64,000 nt of DNA. Origin: a virus (lineage: Duplodnaviria; Caudoviricetes). Under the pieces are notes generated by a model. That model made no database searches, was not told where the DNA came from, and saw only the letters and a list, made by a program, of their open reading frames with translations. The stretch covers positions 1-64,000 of the IMG/VR virus record IMGVR_UViG_3300034410_000474, one strand, 5' to 3'. The position numbers were made by a program, and so were the translations under genes. Shown here in pieces: positions 38,854 through 46,932 of this stretch (position 1 is the stretch's first letter; every line of letters starts with the position of its first letter).

Positions 38854-39000
38854 TTAAGATACACTTATAACATAATTAATTAAAGCCATTGCACCAAACA
38901 TAAAAGCTAATACAACGAATTGTACTATTGAAGCATATGCTGCTTGCCTTATTGGATGTACATCAGCCAGTTTTTCTATTACTGATTCTTGTTCTTTCAT
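38854..39000 (-). CDS. Small membrane peptide (48 aa, not in the ORF track)
   Basis: MKEQESVIEKLADVHPIRQAAYASIVQFVVLAFMFGAMALINYVISVS. Confidence 0.55.
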   Translation of the reverse strand: MKEQESVIEKLADVHPIRQAAYASIVQFVVLAFMFGAMALINYVISVS

Positions 39001-39230
39001 TGACACAAGTCCTCGTAAATGCCAGAATACTTTCGATGATGACTTTGATCAGCATCGTGTATTTTGATTTTATAGTTTCCCATCTTCTCTAAGTTGGGCC
39101 CTGATTTTTGTTGCTGAGATTTCATGAATCTCTTTTCCAAGATCGTGCTCGGTAAAAGTATAGCCGACACCTCGACCATAGCTAATATCCACAATGTTAG
39201 GAACGCAAATAATAATATACTCGTGACCAT
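38997..39230 (-). CDS. Possible small protein (true start uncertain; overlaps 39070..39492)
   Basis: Only the 3' part (MGNYKIKIHD...) fills intergenic space. Confidence 0.3.
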   Translation of the reverse strand: MVTSILLFAFLTLWILAMVEVSAILLPSTILEKRFMKSQQQKSGPNLEKMGNYKIKIHDADQSHHRKYSGIYEDLCQ

Positions 39231-39492
39231 TATAATAACCCTCCGCCGCTAGTCCGGCTTCAATTTGTTCGATTACTTTTATTTCACCAAAGGGATTATC
39301 AGACTGATCAACGGTACGTCCACCGCCTGCATCTTTATCTGTTATCCCGCCTACGTCTCTGACCATAATTGCAACTTGTCCAGTGACTTCTAAGGCCCTT
39401 TTAAAAAGAGCTGTATGTCCATCGTGCCAAGGTTGCCAACGCCCTAGCATTTGAGCTGTGGGCTTCTGATAGTCAAAATATTCTTTCATCAT
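39070..39492 (-). CDS. HIGH-type nucleotidyltransferase (cytidylyltransferase-like)
   Basis: MLGRWQPWHDGH; ISATKIR. Confidence 0.75.
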   Translation of the reverse strand: MMKEYFDYQKPTAQMLGRWQPWHDGHTALFKRALEVTGQVAIMVRDVGGITDKDAGGGRTVDQSDNPFGEIKVIEQIEAGLAAEGYYNGHEYIIICVPNIVDISYGRGVGYTFTEHDLGKEIHEISATKIRAQLREDGKL

Positions 39493-39716
39493 GATTCATC
39501 TTTCCTCCTTAAACCAATTTTGATGTACTTATACCACAATCTTTCGTGACCATAATACAAGACGAATTTAATGATAAGATCAGCAACAAATACAAGTCCG
39601 ATTGCTTTTGGCGGTAAACCAAAGTACCACGCTATTAAAACTGTTGTTACACTAGCTATTATACGCCAAGTTATTGCTTTTGTCAAATGACGAATTGGTC
39701 TTACTGATTCAGTCAT
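39489..39716 (-). CDS. DUF2061-like membrane protein
   Basis: KAITWRIIAS...YYGHERLW. Confidence 0.75.
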   Translation of the reverse strand: MTESVRPIRHLTKAITWRIIASVTTVLIAWYFGLPPKAIGLVFVADLIIKFVLYYGHERLWYKYIKIGLRRKDES

Positions 39717-40156
39717 TTTTGATCTCGTTTTTCGCTGTGCTTTCTTTGCATGAATACTGATATAACCTGCATCAAAGTTTGATGAGTATCATCGAACCAT
39801 TCTGAAACTTTGTAATCACATTGAGTAGGAGGTACGAACATTTTATTTGTATCTTCGTAACGTCCCTCTTCAATAGTATCCATCCACACAGTAAAATCTG
39901 GATTGAAAGCTAATCTCGCTTCCTCGGTTGGACAAACAAAATCTGTAACTGCAATTGCTCCGGCTTTAACTGCACCGTCGCTTAAATGTCTCATACGATT
40001 TGCTTGTCTCATACGACCTTCAGGAGTAAAATCCCAGTCGTTATATTCTTCGCGAACTTCGTCTGCATTAATGTGAACTGCACCTAGCAATTCAGCAAGA
40101 GGTTTTGCCAGTGTCGTCTTACCTGAACCTGGCAATCCAAATATCAAGATTTTCAT
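39713..40156 (-). CDS. Adenylylsulfate-kinase-like P-loop kinase
   Basis: GLPGSGKTT, NADEVR, DFTPEGR.RQ, DFVCPT. Confidence 0.75.
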   Translation of the reverse strand: MKILIFGLPGSGKTTLAKPLAELLGAVHINADEVREEYNDWDFTPEGRMRQANRMRHLSDGAVKAGAIAVTDFVCPTEEARLAFNPDFTVWMDTIEEGRYEDTNKMFVPPTQCDYKVSEWFDDTHQTLMQVISVFMQRKHSEKRDQK

Positions 40157-40176
40157 TTCTTCTCCTTTAGAACATG

Positions 40177-40207
40177 AAAATGAGGAGCAGGGCGAACCAT
40201 ACTCCTC
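40177..40207 (-). terminator. Hairpin / likely terminator
   Basis: GAGGAG-tatgg-TTCG-ccctg-CTCCTC-ATTTT on the - strand. Confidence 0.6.
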
Positions 40208-40217
40208 GATTGTTTCA

Positions 40218-41177
40218 CTAGGCTGCTTCTGCCATTTCCAAAGCGATGTCTAATGCATCTACTTTTTTCTTGGCGTTTCCACCAAACCATGCGGCATGCA
40301 TTCTAGCATCTGCTGTACGGCATAGCTCGTGGTCAGTCATATAAGTTACTGCGTTATATGCATTCCACCAAGAGCCAGGACGGAAGTGATCACCAGGTTG
40401 GTTCTCAACAAACTGCATCGCCTGTTCTGCTGTACGTGATAGAGTCTTATCTTCTCTTGAAGATGTGCCAAACACTTTAGCCATAAAGCGTTCCAGTGCT
40501 GCTTGGTCTTTGTATTGCTTAGAACCAAGAAACTCTGCAGCTTCTTTGAATTTCTCAACTTTGTTGTGAGATAAGCCAAGTGCTTGCTTAACGACTTCAG
40601 CGTCAAACTTTGAACGGTGGTTGATACGAATAGATGGTTGGTTCTTTTCGTTAAGAGCCACTGCCAAAGTGTTATTGCAAACAACACGTTCCATTACGAA
40701 CTTAACATCGATTGCTTTACCATATTGGTGCGGATTAGAAAAGAGCATGTAACCACGAACTTCATCACCATTGAATAGAGAGAAGCCGTCTTTTACGTCA
40801 GCCAACGCCCATACAATTTGTCCGTCTTTAAGAGAACCAGCTGTATCCATTACCATATCGCCAGCTTTTACGAAATCTGTAAAGAAGTCGAAAGCTTCGG
40901 AGTTTTGTACTGGATTCCAACCTGGACCAACTTGTGTAAGGACTTTGCTGTCACTAGAGCGGACTAGAGCTTGCTGGCCGCTTAGGTGGTTATCACCTTT
41001 GTGCCTGAAGATAGTGTCGATTTTCTCGACTTCCCAGTCTAGACCTGCAGCAATTTGCATTTCACGTGGAGTCATATCGTCTGATACTGGAGTACCAAGA
41101 CCGTGCCAAGGGAGACCCTTGCTTTCGCGATAAGCCATTTGAGCTTCGCCGTTAATCATTTCTAATTCATGTGCCAT
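40218..41177 (-). CDS. DUF932-family phage/plasmid protein
   Basis: PWHGLG, AGLDWEVEK, TAGSLKDG, RVVCNNTL. Confidence 0.85.
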   Translation of the reverse strand: MAHELEMINGEAQMAYRESKGLPWHGLGTPVSDDMTPREMQIAAGLDWEVEKIDTIFRHKGDNHLSGQQALVRSSDSKVLTQVGPGWNPVQNSEAFDFFTDFVKAGDMVMDTAGSLKDGQIVWALADVKDGFSLFNGDEVRGYMLFSNPHQYGKAIDVKFVMERVVCNNTLAVALNEKNQPSIRINHRSKFDAEVVKQALGLSHNKVEKFKEAAEFLGSKQYKDQAALERFMAKVFGTSSREDKTLSRTAEQAMQFVENQPGDHFRPGSWWNAYNAVTYMTDHELCRTADARMHAAWFGGNAKKKVDALDIALEMAEAA

Positions 41178-41213
41178 AATATAGTTTCCTCAGTTTTTTC
41201 AATTTGTACGAAC

Positions 41214-41242
41214 ATTATATATCTTTTAAGATTAAATGTCAA
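41214..41242 (-). promoter_or_regulatory. Early sigma70-type promoter
   Basis: TTGACA-17-TATAAT. Confidence 0.8.
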
Positions 41243-41260
41243 CTGTTTTTTGCAATTAAT

Positions 41261-41470
41261 TTAAAAAGAAATTGCTGGTTGAGATAACGGATCTTGAGCA
41301 TCGAGGATGTCCATTAGATCTACTTTCAATTGAGCAATAAGCACTTTAGTTTCTTGTGGTATTGCGTTTGGTTTAATGCTTTCGATTGTAGCGAAAGCGT
41401 TTTGTGCAGCTGATAGAGCCTGCATTTTTTCAGAAATTTTAGCGATTTGCATTTTGTAATCCTTTATCAA
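41261..41470 (-). CDS. Hypothetical protein
   Basis: Has its own promoter and SD; the ATG start is probably a few codons in (MQIAK). Confidence 0.6.
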   Translation of the reverse strand: MIKDYKMQIAKISEKMQALSAAQNAFATIESIKPNAIPQETKVLIAQLKVDLMDILDAQDPLSQPAISF

Positions 41471-41481
41471 TTTACTAGATA

Positions 41482-41510
41482 ATTATATATCGTTTTAAAA
41501 CGATTGTCAA
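41482..41510 (-). promoter_or_regulatory. Early sigma70-type promoter
   Basis: TTGACA-17-TATAAT. Confidence 0.8.
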
Positions 41511-41518
41511 CAACTTTT

Positions 41519-41881
41519 TTAAGAAATTGTTAATTTATCAAAACTTTTTTCACCTGAAAGATTGCATACATTCCACTCGATGCCGTCCCACAAGTACAAG
41601 AAATCAGCCCAACATTCGGTACCAGCATCGATAAAATCTCGATATGAGTCGAATGTTTCTGCAGGATCTGAATTTACTGCTGAGCTTTTAGACTCTGCGT
41701 AATCGTTACTTAAAGAAGAAAGATAACCACCCTTTGCAACTAGATCTGCAGAGTCGCTATCATTGTAGCTTTCGAGTAGAGTTTTGCCAACACCAGAGAT
41801 ATAGCCATCATAGTGGCAGTAACTTGCTGTGACGTTTCTTGTTTCTTTATCGAAGCTTCCAATCAGTGAACGTGTACCCAT
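41519..41881 (-). CDS. Conserved phage hypothetical protein
   Basis: MGTRSLIG...YCHYDGY motif. Confidence 0.7.
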   Translation of the reverse strand: MGTRSLIGSFDKETRNVTASYCHYDGYISGVGKTLLESYNDSDSADLVAKGGYLSSLSNDYAESKSSAVNSDPAETFDSYRDFIDAGTECWADFLYLWDGIEWNVCNLSGEKSFDKLTIS

Positions 41882-41912
41882 AATTTGATTCCTTTATTTA
41901 ATTTATGAGACT

Positions 41913-41941
41913 ATTATATATCTTCTAAGAACAAATGTCAA
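41913..41941 (-). promoter_or_regulatory. Early sigma70-type promoter
   Basis: TTGACA-17-TATAAT. Confidence 0.8.
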
Positions 41942-42386
41942 CTGTTTTTTTGATTTTATTTGATAAAAATTCAAATTTATTTTCGACATCGATATCAGGA
42001 ATAGGGTCGAAACCCCAGTGAAGAAGAGCTTGTCGTTGTTTACGACGCTTAGAAAGATCGCCATTACCGTTCTTTTTTACTTGAGCTCCGTGCCTTGCAC
42101 CAAACGATTTCCAACGTTTAATCTGATGAGCATCTAGAGCCTCTATTCGACGTCCTTGGTAATACCTTAGATACCATTGAAACCAACCCATCGGATCTTC
42201 AGGGGTGATCCAGCCCTTCTCTTGCCACATCTCGAGTGGTTGAGAAGCACCTTCCATAAACAAATTTTCTTTGGTAATTGTGGGTCTCACAAGGAAATCT
42301 GGATTAGTATCTTTGTAGTATGAACCATCAAAGATACCAAGTTCCAGCATTTCATAGGGAGTAAAAGTAGGGTTAAACTCGTTCAT
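41925..42386 (-). CDS. Conserved viral hypothetical protein
   Basis: F.P..TP.EMLELG.F.G.Y; DPMGWFQWY.RYY.GRR. Confidence 0.7.
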   Translation of the reverse strand: MNEFNPTFTPYEMLELGIFDGSYYKDTNPDFLVRPTITKENLFMEGASQPLEMWQEKGWITPEDPMGWFQWYLRYYQGRRIEALDAHQIKRWKSFGARHGAQVKKNGNGDLSKRRKQRQALLHWGFDPIPDIDVENKFEFLSNKIKKTVDICS

Positions 42387-42489
42387 AAGTTGTCCATACT
42401 ACGTTGATGTAATGAGCGTCGAGATGTTCGCGATATTCCATTGCGTCAAATATGCAAGTAAATATCGCACCATTAATATCGTAAATCAT
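42373..42489 (-). CDS. Small protein (38 aa, not in the ORF track)
   Basis: MIYDINGAIFTCIFDAMEYREHLDAHYINVVWTTYERV; TAATG coupling. Confidence 0.5.
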   Translation of the reverse strand: MIYDINGAIFTCIFDAMEYREHLDAHYINVVWTTYERV

Positions 42490-42791
42490 TACGAACGAAG
42501 CTCATAGCCAAGAGTTAACTCAATGAATTGAGTGCCAAGATCTTTAGCAAATGCAACTACAAGCTCTTCTCTAGGAGAAGTATCCATGTAATCAACGTGT
42601 TGAGAAAGAGCTTCAGCATCTGACTGTCTGAATAAAGCAACTGCTTTTTTGAAATCGTCACGATCTTCTCTGTACATCTCAGCAAAATCGTCGTGACCTT
42701 GATCAGCGTACTGATCGTATTTGTTGATAAGTTGTTCAACGTTAGAAAGATTTGATTCGATCCAGAAAGCTACAGTGTTCATTTTTATCAT
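42489..42791 (-). CDS. Hypothetical protein
   Basis: Promoter cassette and SD upstream. Confidence 0.65.
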   Translation of the reverse strand: MIKMNTVAFWIESNLSNVEQLINKYDQYADQGHDDFAEMYREDRDDFKKAVALFRQSDAEALSQHVDYMDTSPREELVVAFAKDLGTQFIELTLGYELRS

Positions 42792-42812
42792 CCTTTATCA
42801 ATTTATATATAC

Positions 42813-42841
42813 ATTATAAATCATCTTAAAAGAAATGTCAA
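42813..42841 (-). promoter_or_regulatory. Early sigma70-type promoter
   Basis: TTGACA-17-TATAAT. Confidence 0.8.
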
Positions 42842-42881
42842 CGATTAATTTCACTTTTTTTCAATTTATTTTGAATTATTT

Positions 42882-43247
42882 TTAGTGATCTACTTGCGAT
42901 TGCATTGGTAGAGCATCGATCATATCCCAAGCATATTTGCCATAGCCAGATTTTACGATGTTTACTACGTCAGCATAAGGACCTTTTGTGTCGTCACTAA
43001 TTTCAGCTACGAAACAATTTGCGCATCTTCGTTTGAGATAGATACGAGCATATTCTTCAGCGTCTTCTCTATCGAAAAAGCCAACAGCTTTGGTAATATC
43101 TAAAACATTATTTGTTGAGAATAGAGCAACTAACCGTGGATCTGATGGAGATCTATCCATAAAAGACATATCGTCGTTCTTTGCAGTACCGAGGAATATG
43201 CCTTCTTCTGGATCGATGATGATATATTTTTTAACCATCTCATTCAT
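42882..43247 (-). CDS. Hypothetical protein
   Basis: Tightly packed - strand ORF. Confidence 0.65.
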   Translation of the reverse strand: MNEMVKKYIIIDPEEGIFLGTAKNDDMSFMDRSPSDPRLVALFSTNNVLDITKAVGFFDREDAEEYARIYLKRRCANCFVAEISDDTKGPYADVVNIVKSGYGKYAWDMIDALPMQSQVDH

Positions 43248-43467
43248 AATATTTGATAAGCTCTATTTCGCCATTCTCATCTCGGCTTGTTTTAATGTAA
43301 CCGTCTGCAATAAGGCGATCGATGGTCGATTCTATGATAAGAGTTGTATTATCACGTTCGTTATTTCTTTGCATCCACATTCCAACCAGTGTAAAAATAA
43401 CTGCTGTAATTAATATCCATACTTCTGTGATCATGCTATTATTTCTCCTTGATAGCCTTGCCACCAC
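43240..43467 (-). CDS. Small membrane-anchored protein (start probably about 43437)
   Basis: N-terminal hydrophobic helix; AGGAG SD. Confidence 0.6.
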   Translation of the reverse strand: MVARLSRRNNSMITEVWILITAVIFTLVGMWMQRNNERDNTTLIIESTIDRLIADGYIKTSRDENGEIELIKYYE

Positions 43468-44003
43468 GATGGAGCTGATCTTCCTTTAACCCATTTAGCA
43501 AAAGGTTTAGCTTCGTGATAATAGTTTCGATATGCTTCGACAGCGTCGCCTTTAACAACACATTGAGGATATTGAGACATTGCTTGAGCGAACTCAGTTA
43601 GTCCAATATCAGGTATGTTGTTCGGCGCCTCGGATAGAAGCTCGTTTAGTTTTATATATGTCAGATGTTCTTTCTTAAAACGAAATCTGAATTCATCACA
43701 AAGAGCAAGAAAATGCTTAAAGTGCCAATCATAGTTACCTTTAGACTCCATTGTCCACTTAGTACAAGGATGTCCAGCATGAACTGATTTGTACATAACA
43801 GCTTCTCGATTAGAGTCTGGTAACAAGTAATGTTTCACCATTGTCTTGCCAGACTTTGAAGGTGCTTTGTACACTTCGCCATCAAGCATACGATGAGCAG
43901 TGGAGAGCATTTGAGCTGACTCCACGATCATTTTTGGAATGTGTTTGTCACACATCATTTTTGCCGATTCAACAGGGCATTCTGATAATACGAATACGTT
44001 CAT
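43431..44003 (-). CDS. Pyrimidine-dimer DNA glycosylase / endonuclease V family protein
   Basis: MNVF.L...P..SA...CDKH..KM..ESAQMLST; H.GHPCT.W; AYR.YY. Confidence 0.75.
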   Translation of the reverse strand: MNVFVLSECPVESAKMMCDKHIPKMIVESAQMLSTAHRMLDGEVYKAPSKSGKTMVKHYLLPDSNREAVMYKSVHAGHPCTKWTMESKGNYDWHFKHFLALCDEFRFRFKKEHLTYIKLNELLSEAPNNIPDIGLTEFAQAMSQYPQCVVKGDAVEAYRNYYHEAKPFAKWVKGRSAPSWWQGYQGEIIA

Positions 44004-44230
44004 TACTTAACCCAGATGTGGTTATACTTTGGAGGTAAATCGCTGCACGTATATGCATCACCTTCAGCATAATTAGTTACGCCAATACATTCATTGGTCG
44101 AATAGCTTACTTTAACATCAGGAATAGATAACATGCTATTGACTGAGTTTGCCAAGAAGCAAACACCAATAATGCAAAGAGTACCAATAATAAGAGTTGA
44201 TTTTGAAATTTTCATAGCGTTTACCTTCAT
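44003..44230 (-). CDS. Small membrane/periplasmic protein
   Basis: N-terminal hydrophobic segment; PDV.VSYST.EC..V...Y.C. Confidence 0.6.
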   Translation of the reverse strand: MKVNAMKISKSTLIIGTLCIIGVCFLANSVNSMLSIPDVKVSYSTNECIGVTNYAEGDAYTCSDLPPKYNHIWVK

Positions 44231-44233
44231 TTT

Positions 44234-44374
44234 TTATTTATTTGATTGATCTAATTCAGGTTGAGGAGATTCGAAATCAAGATCAGTCATTGGCTCAGAC
44301 GAACCATCGTTTGCCATTCCATCGAATTCAGTATCGATAAGTTCTTGAGATACGTCTTCATATTTGATTTGCAT
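44234..44374 (-). CDS. Small acidic protein (46 aa, not in the ORF track)
   Basis: MQIKYEDVSQELIDTEFDGMANDGSSEPMTDLDFESPQPELDQSNK; AAAGGA SD. Confidence 0.5.
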   Translation of the reverse strand: MQIKYEDVSQELIDTEFDGMANDGSSEPMTDLDFESPQPELDQSNK

Positions 44375-44388
44375 TGCGCAGATCCTTT

Positions 44389-44607
44389 CTATTGAGCTAA
44401 GAATTCGTCAGCAGATTTATCAAACTGCTCACATATTTCGTCAAGTGGTATTGCACCACTTTCAGTTTCAAGATTAAGAAACACATCGGCTTCTACAAAA
44501 TTCCAATTGATACTGCCGTCTGAATTGATGTTCTCGTCAGACTTAACCGCAGCGGCGAATACGTCGTTAAACATTGGTAGCCAGAGGCTTTTAGATTGAA
44601 TTTGCAT
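44389..44607 (-). CDS. Hypothetical protein
   Basis: Has its own promoter cassette; AAGGA SD. Confidence 0.65.
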   Translation of the reverse strand: MQIQSKSLWLPMFNDVFAAAVKSDENINSDGSINWNFVEADVFLNLETESGAIPLDEICEQFDKSADEFLAQ

Positions 44608-44636
44608 ATTTGGTTCCTTAATTAATTTATAGGTTT

Positions 44637-44665
44637 ATTATACATCATCTAAAAAGAAATGTCAA
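44637..44665 (-). promoter_or_regulatory. Early sigma70-type promoter
   Basis: TTGACA-17-TATAAT. Confidence 0.8.
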
Positions 44666-44673
44666 CGGTTATT

Positions 44674-44904
44674 TTAAATTACTTTCATATAATCTGAAAA
44701 GAATTCAGAATGACCGCTATGCTCGAAGTATATAGTGTCTTCGTAGTTATCAGTATACTTGAAGTGTTTGTACTGATAAGTCTCAAAATTAAGCTTACAA
44801 AATTCGATTGCTTGAGATCTCCAATCAGAGTGGAATTTGACTGGATTGTTCTCTCCACTCATCATCCACTTCTGTTTGTACTCGAAGATCTCTACCGGAG
44901 TCAT
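44674..44904 (-). CDS. Hypothetical protein
   Basis: ATGA-coupled to 44901. Confidence 0.65.
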   Translation of the reverse strand: MTPVEIFEYKQKWMMSGENNPVKFHSDWRSQAIEFCKLNFETYQYKHFKYTDNYEDTIYFEHSGHSEFFSDYMKVI

Positions 44905-45215
44905 TCTATTAGACCTTTTCCTTTAGCAACCTTGAGGATCACTTCATCCATTCGTGGTTCAGTGATTTCTTCGACTGCATCCCAGTCAATATTGCGGTAT
45001 TTGAGTTGAGACATAACACCAGGAAAGTGCCTTGCAACTTGACGACTGACTGAATTACAACCAGCGTTGTTGTAAATATCGTAGTAGGCATTAACCATTT
45101 TACGCAAACGTTCAATGTACCTATCGTCTGCTTCGCCCATCATAGGGATCTGGCCAGTCAGTTTATCAGCCAGATCTTGATATTTACCTTTGTTGTTCCA
45201 ATAAGTATTGCTCAT
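44901..45215 (-). CDS. Hypothetical protein
   Basis: TYWNNKGKYQ...YYDIYNN pattern seen in phage ORFs. Confidence 0.65.
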   Translation of the reverse strand: MSNTYWNNKGKYQDLADKLTGQIPMMGEADDRYIERLRKMVNAYYDIYNNAGCNSVSRQVARHFPGVMSQLKYRNIDWDAVEEITEPRMDEVILKVAKGKGLIE

Positions 45216-45517
45216 TATGCAACCCTCCTTTTACGTGGTTTAAAACCAAGTTGTTCCATTGCTCCTACTGGAGAATCGTTTTGCTGAAGTTCAATATACT
45301 TCTCAACAGTACAATTCTTTACCAAGAAGTTGACCCAAGATTTCCAAGGCTTCGAACCATACTTGAAACGAGCAATAAATGTAGGCTGTGGTTTGCCAAT
45401 CCAAGATGGGTGACAGTCAGGACGAGCCACTTCCATATTTACAGATAACTCGTGGCGTCCACGATACATTAGATACATACCATCCCAAGTGAATTCGTCT
45501 TTGATAAATGCAGTCAT
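45215..45517 (-). CDS. Hypothetical protein
   Basis: Promoter cassette upstream; FIARFKY...K.W..FL.KN.TVE.Y. Confidence 0.65.
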   Translation of the reverse strand: MTAFIKDEFTWDGMYLMYRGRHELSVNMEVARPDCHPSWIGKPQPTFIARFKYGSKPWKSWVNFLVKNCTVEKYIELQQNDSPVGAMEQLGFKPRKRRVA

Positions 45518-45547
45518 ATTTTGGTTCCTTATTTAATTTATATAGAT

Positions 45548-45576
45548 ATTATACATCATCTAAAAGCAAATGTCAA
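45548..45576 (-). promoter_or_regulatory. Early sigma70-type promoter
   Basis: TTGACA-17-TATAAT. Confidence 0.8.
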
Positions 45577-45589
45577 CTGTTTTTTTCAT

Positions 45590-45769
45590 TTAATTTGATT
45601 TATTTTTAAAATAATACAATAATTGTGCACAAAAGACTGCTGCGACGGGAGTTCCGATAAGATATAGCACAATCAGGAGCATATCAGCATGGCCGTAGTA
45701 TATTCTCTCATAAGCCATCATACAGACAAGCGCCACATACCAGATAAGAGTAAGTATCTTAATCTTCAT
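45590..45769 (-). CDS. Small membrane protein (start re-assigned to MKIKIL)
   Basis: Two hydrophobic helices. Confidence 0.55.
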   Translation of the reverse strand: MKIKILTLIWYVALVCMMAYERIYYGHADMLLIVLYLIGTPVAAVFCAQLLYYFKNKSN

Positions 45770-45902
45770 TTTCTTTCTTCGCTGGTATCTCAATTACCGT
45801 GTTTCCACGATTATCTTTAGTATCAGACATAAAGCATTCAACATCTTCTTTACGAGTAGCAATTGCCAATACGTTGCCAGATTCACTTTTAACTATATAC
45901 AT
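45759..45902 (-). CDS. Small protein (47 aa, not in the ORF track)
   Basis: MYIVKSESGNVLAIATRKEDVECF...; GGGAG SD. Confidence 0.5.
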   Translation of the reverse strand: MYIVKSESGNVLAIATRKEDVECFMSDTKDNRGNTVIEIPAKKENED

Positions 45903-45906
45903 AATG

Positions 45907-46140
45907 TTATGACTCCCAGATTGAGGTTTTGATAAATTCCATGTCAGTGTTGACGCCCAAGACTTGAGATGCTAATTCGTCGAGGTAGTCGAACTTTTGA
46001 GATTGGAATAAGTAAACAGGATTGCCGCCAGCAGGACCGTTGGCATTAACTAAAGTGGCTGTACAGCCGTGATCTTTTGCGAATTGAGAAACTTCTGATT
46101 GAGTTGGCTCGTGAGATACGTCAAGTTCTATATTATACAT
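45907..46140 (-). CDS. Hypothetical protein
   Basis: NGPAGGNP motif; has its own promoter. Confidence 0.65.
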   Translation of the reverse strand: MYNIELDVSHEPTQSEVSQFAKDHGCTATLVNANGPAGGNPVYLFQSQKFDYLDELASQVLGVNTDMEFIKTSIWES

Positions 46141-46166
46141 TTTTATTCCTTTGATTTGATATATAC

Positions 46167-46195
46167 ATTATACATCATTTAAAAGCAAATGTCAA
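46167..46195 (-). promoter_or_regulatory. Early sigma70-type promoter
   Basis: TTGACA-17-TATAAT. Confidence 0.8.
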
Positions 46196-46864
46196 CTAAA
46201 TTTTATATATTTCTTTGTATTTTTTTCGAACAGATAAGAAGTGCTCGAGATAGTCAAAGGTATTTACCTTAAAGACTTGAGCTTCGTGACCATCTACAGC
46301 AATGAGAATTACTGCTTGTTTGATTGCCACGCCTGTTCTTTCTAGGAAAGCTGCAGCGTAAAAGCATGCTTGGATAAAGTAACCTTCAATCCATTCTTCC
46401 TTTTTAGGTTTACGTGAGGTTTTAAAATCGATGATAGATAACGTACCATCGTATTCAGCTATACAGTCGACCTGACCAGCTGTTTTAAGTTTATCGCTAT
46501 AGAGAAAAACTTCTTGCATCCATACATTATCTAAACGACCGTCTATGACTTGTCGTAAATCATTAAATGTATTGAGATTAGCAGGCATTTGTTTGCCTCT
46601 CCAATCTTCTTTGTTATCGATGTAATCTTCAGCAAGTTTGTGAACTGCTGTTCCACGACCAGCTGCTTGACGAGAGATCTTATTAGCTTCTTCTTCGCCA
46701 ACTCGAGCTCGCCATGCCATAATACCTTCTTTTGAAAGTATTCCTAGAACTGTTGTGATTGATGGATATGCGTTACCTTCAGGAGTAAAGTATCTCCGGC
46801 CTGCTTCAGTAGTTTTCCGAGTTAGAGCCGGTAACTCTATGCCGTGTTCGACGTGTGTAAACAT
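46196..46864 (-). CDS. PD-(D/E)XK exonuclease (RecB/Cas4-like fold)
   Basis: YPSITTVL, RGT.VH, E..LYS....AG.VDC, IIDFKTS. Confidence 0.85.
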   Translation of the reverse strand: MFTHVEHGIELPALTRKTTEAGRRYFTPEGNAYPSITTVLGILSKEGIMAWRARVGEEEANKISRQAAGRGTAVHKLAEDYIDNKEDWRGKQMPANLNTFNDLRQVIDGRLDNVWMQEVFLYSDKLKTAGQVDCIAEYDGTLSIIDFKTSRKPKKEEWIEGYFIQACFYAAAFLERTGVAIKQAVILIAVDGHEAQVFKVNTFDYLEHFLSVRKKYKEIYKI

Positions 46865-46896
46865 AGTATAGCCTCATTTTGTATCATATAGTTGAC

Positions 46897-46925
46897 ATTA
46901 TATCACATAAGAAGCGAAATGTCAA
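46897..46925 (-). promoter_or_regulatory. Early sigma70-type promoter
   Basis: TTGACA-17-TATAAT. Confidence 0.8.
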
Positions 46926-46932
46926 CTATTTT

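Larger units (their letters stand above)
44605..46195 (-). repeat. Near-identical promoter/leader cassette copies
   Basis: attatacatcat(c/t)taaaa(a/g)(g/c)aaatgtcaac occurs at 44637, 45548 and 46167. The leader catat(t)ttggttcctta(a/t)ttaatttata occurs at 44605 and 45515. Confidence 0.75.

Noticed and set aside
41214-46925. Regularly recurring ~30-bp repeats as a CRISPR array
   Set aside because: The repeats are promoters separated by 270-1800 bp of coding sequence; the PD-(D/E)XK nuclease is a common phage exonuclease, not a cas locus.
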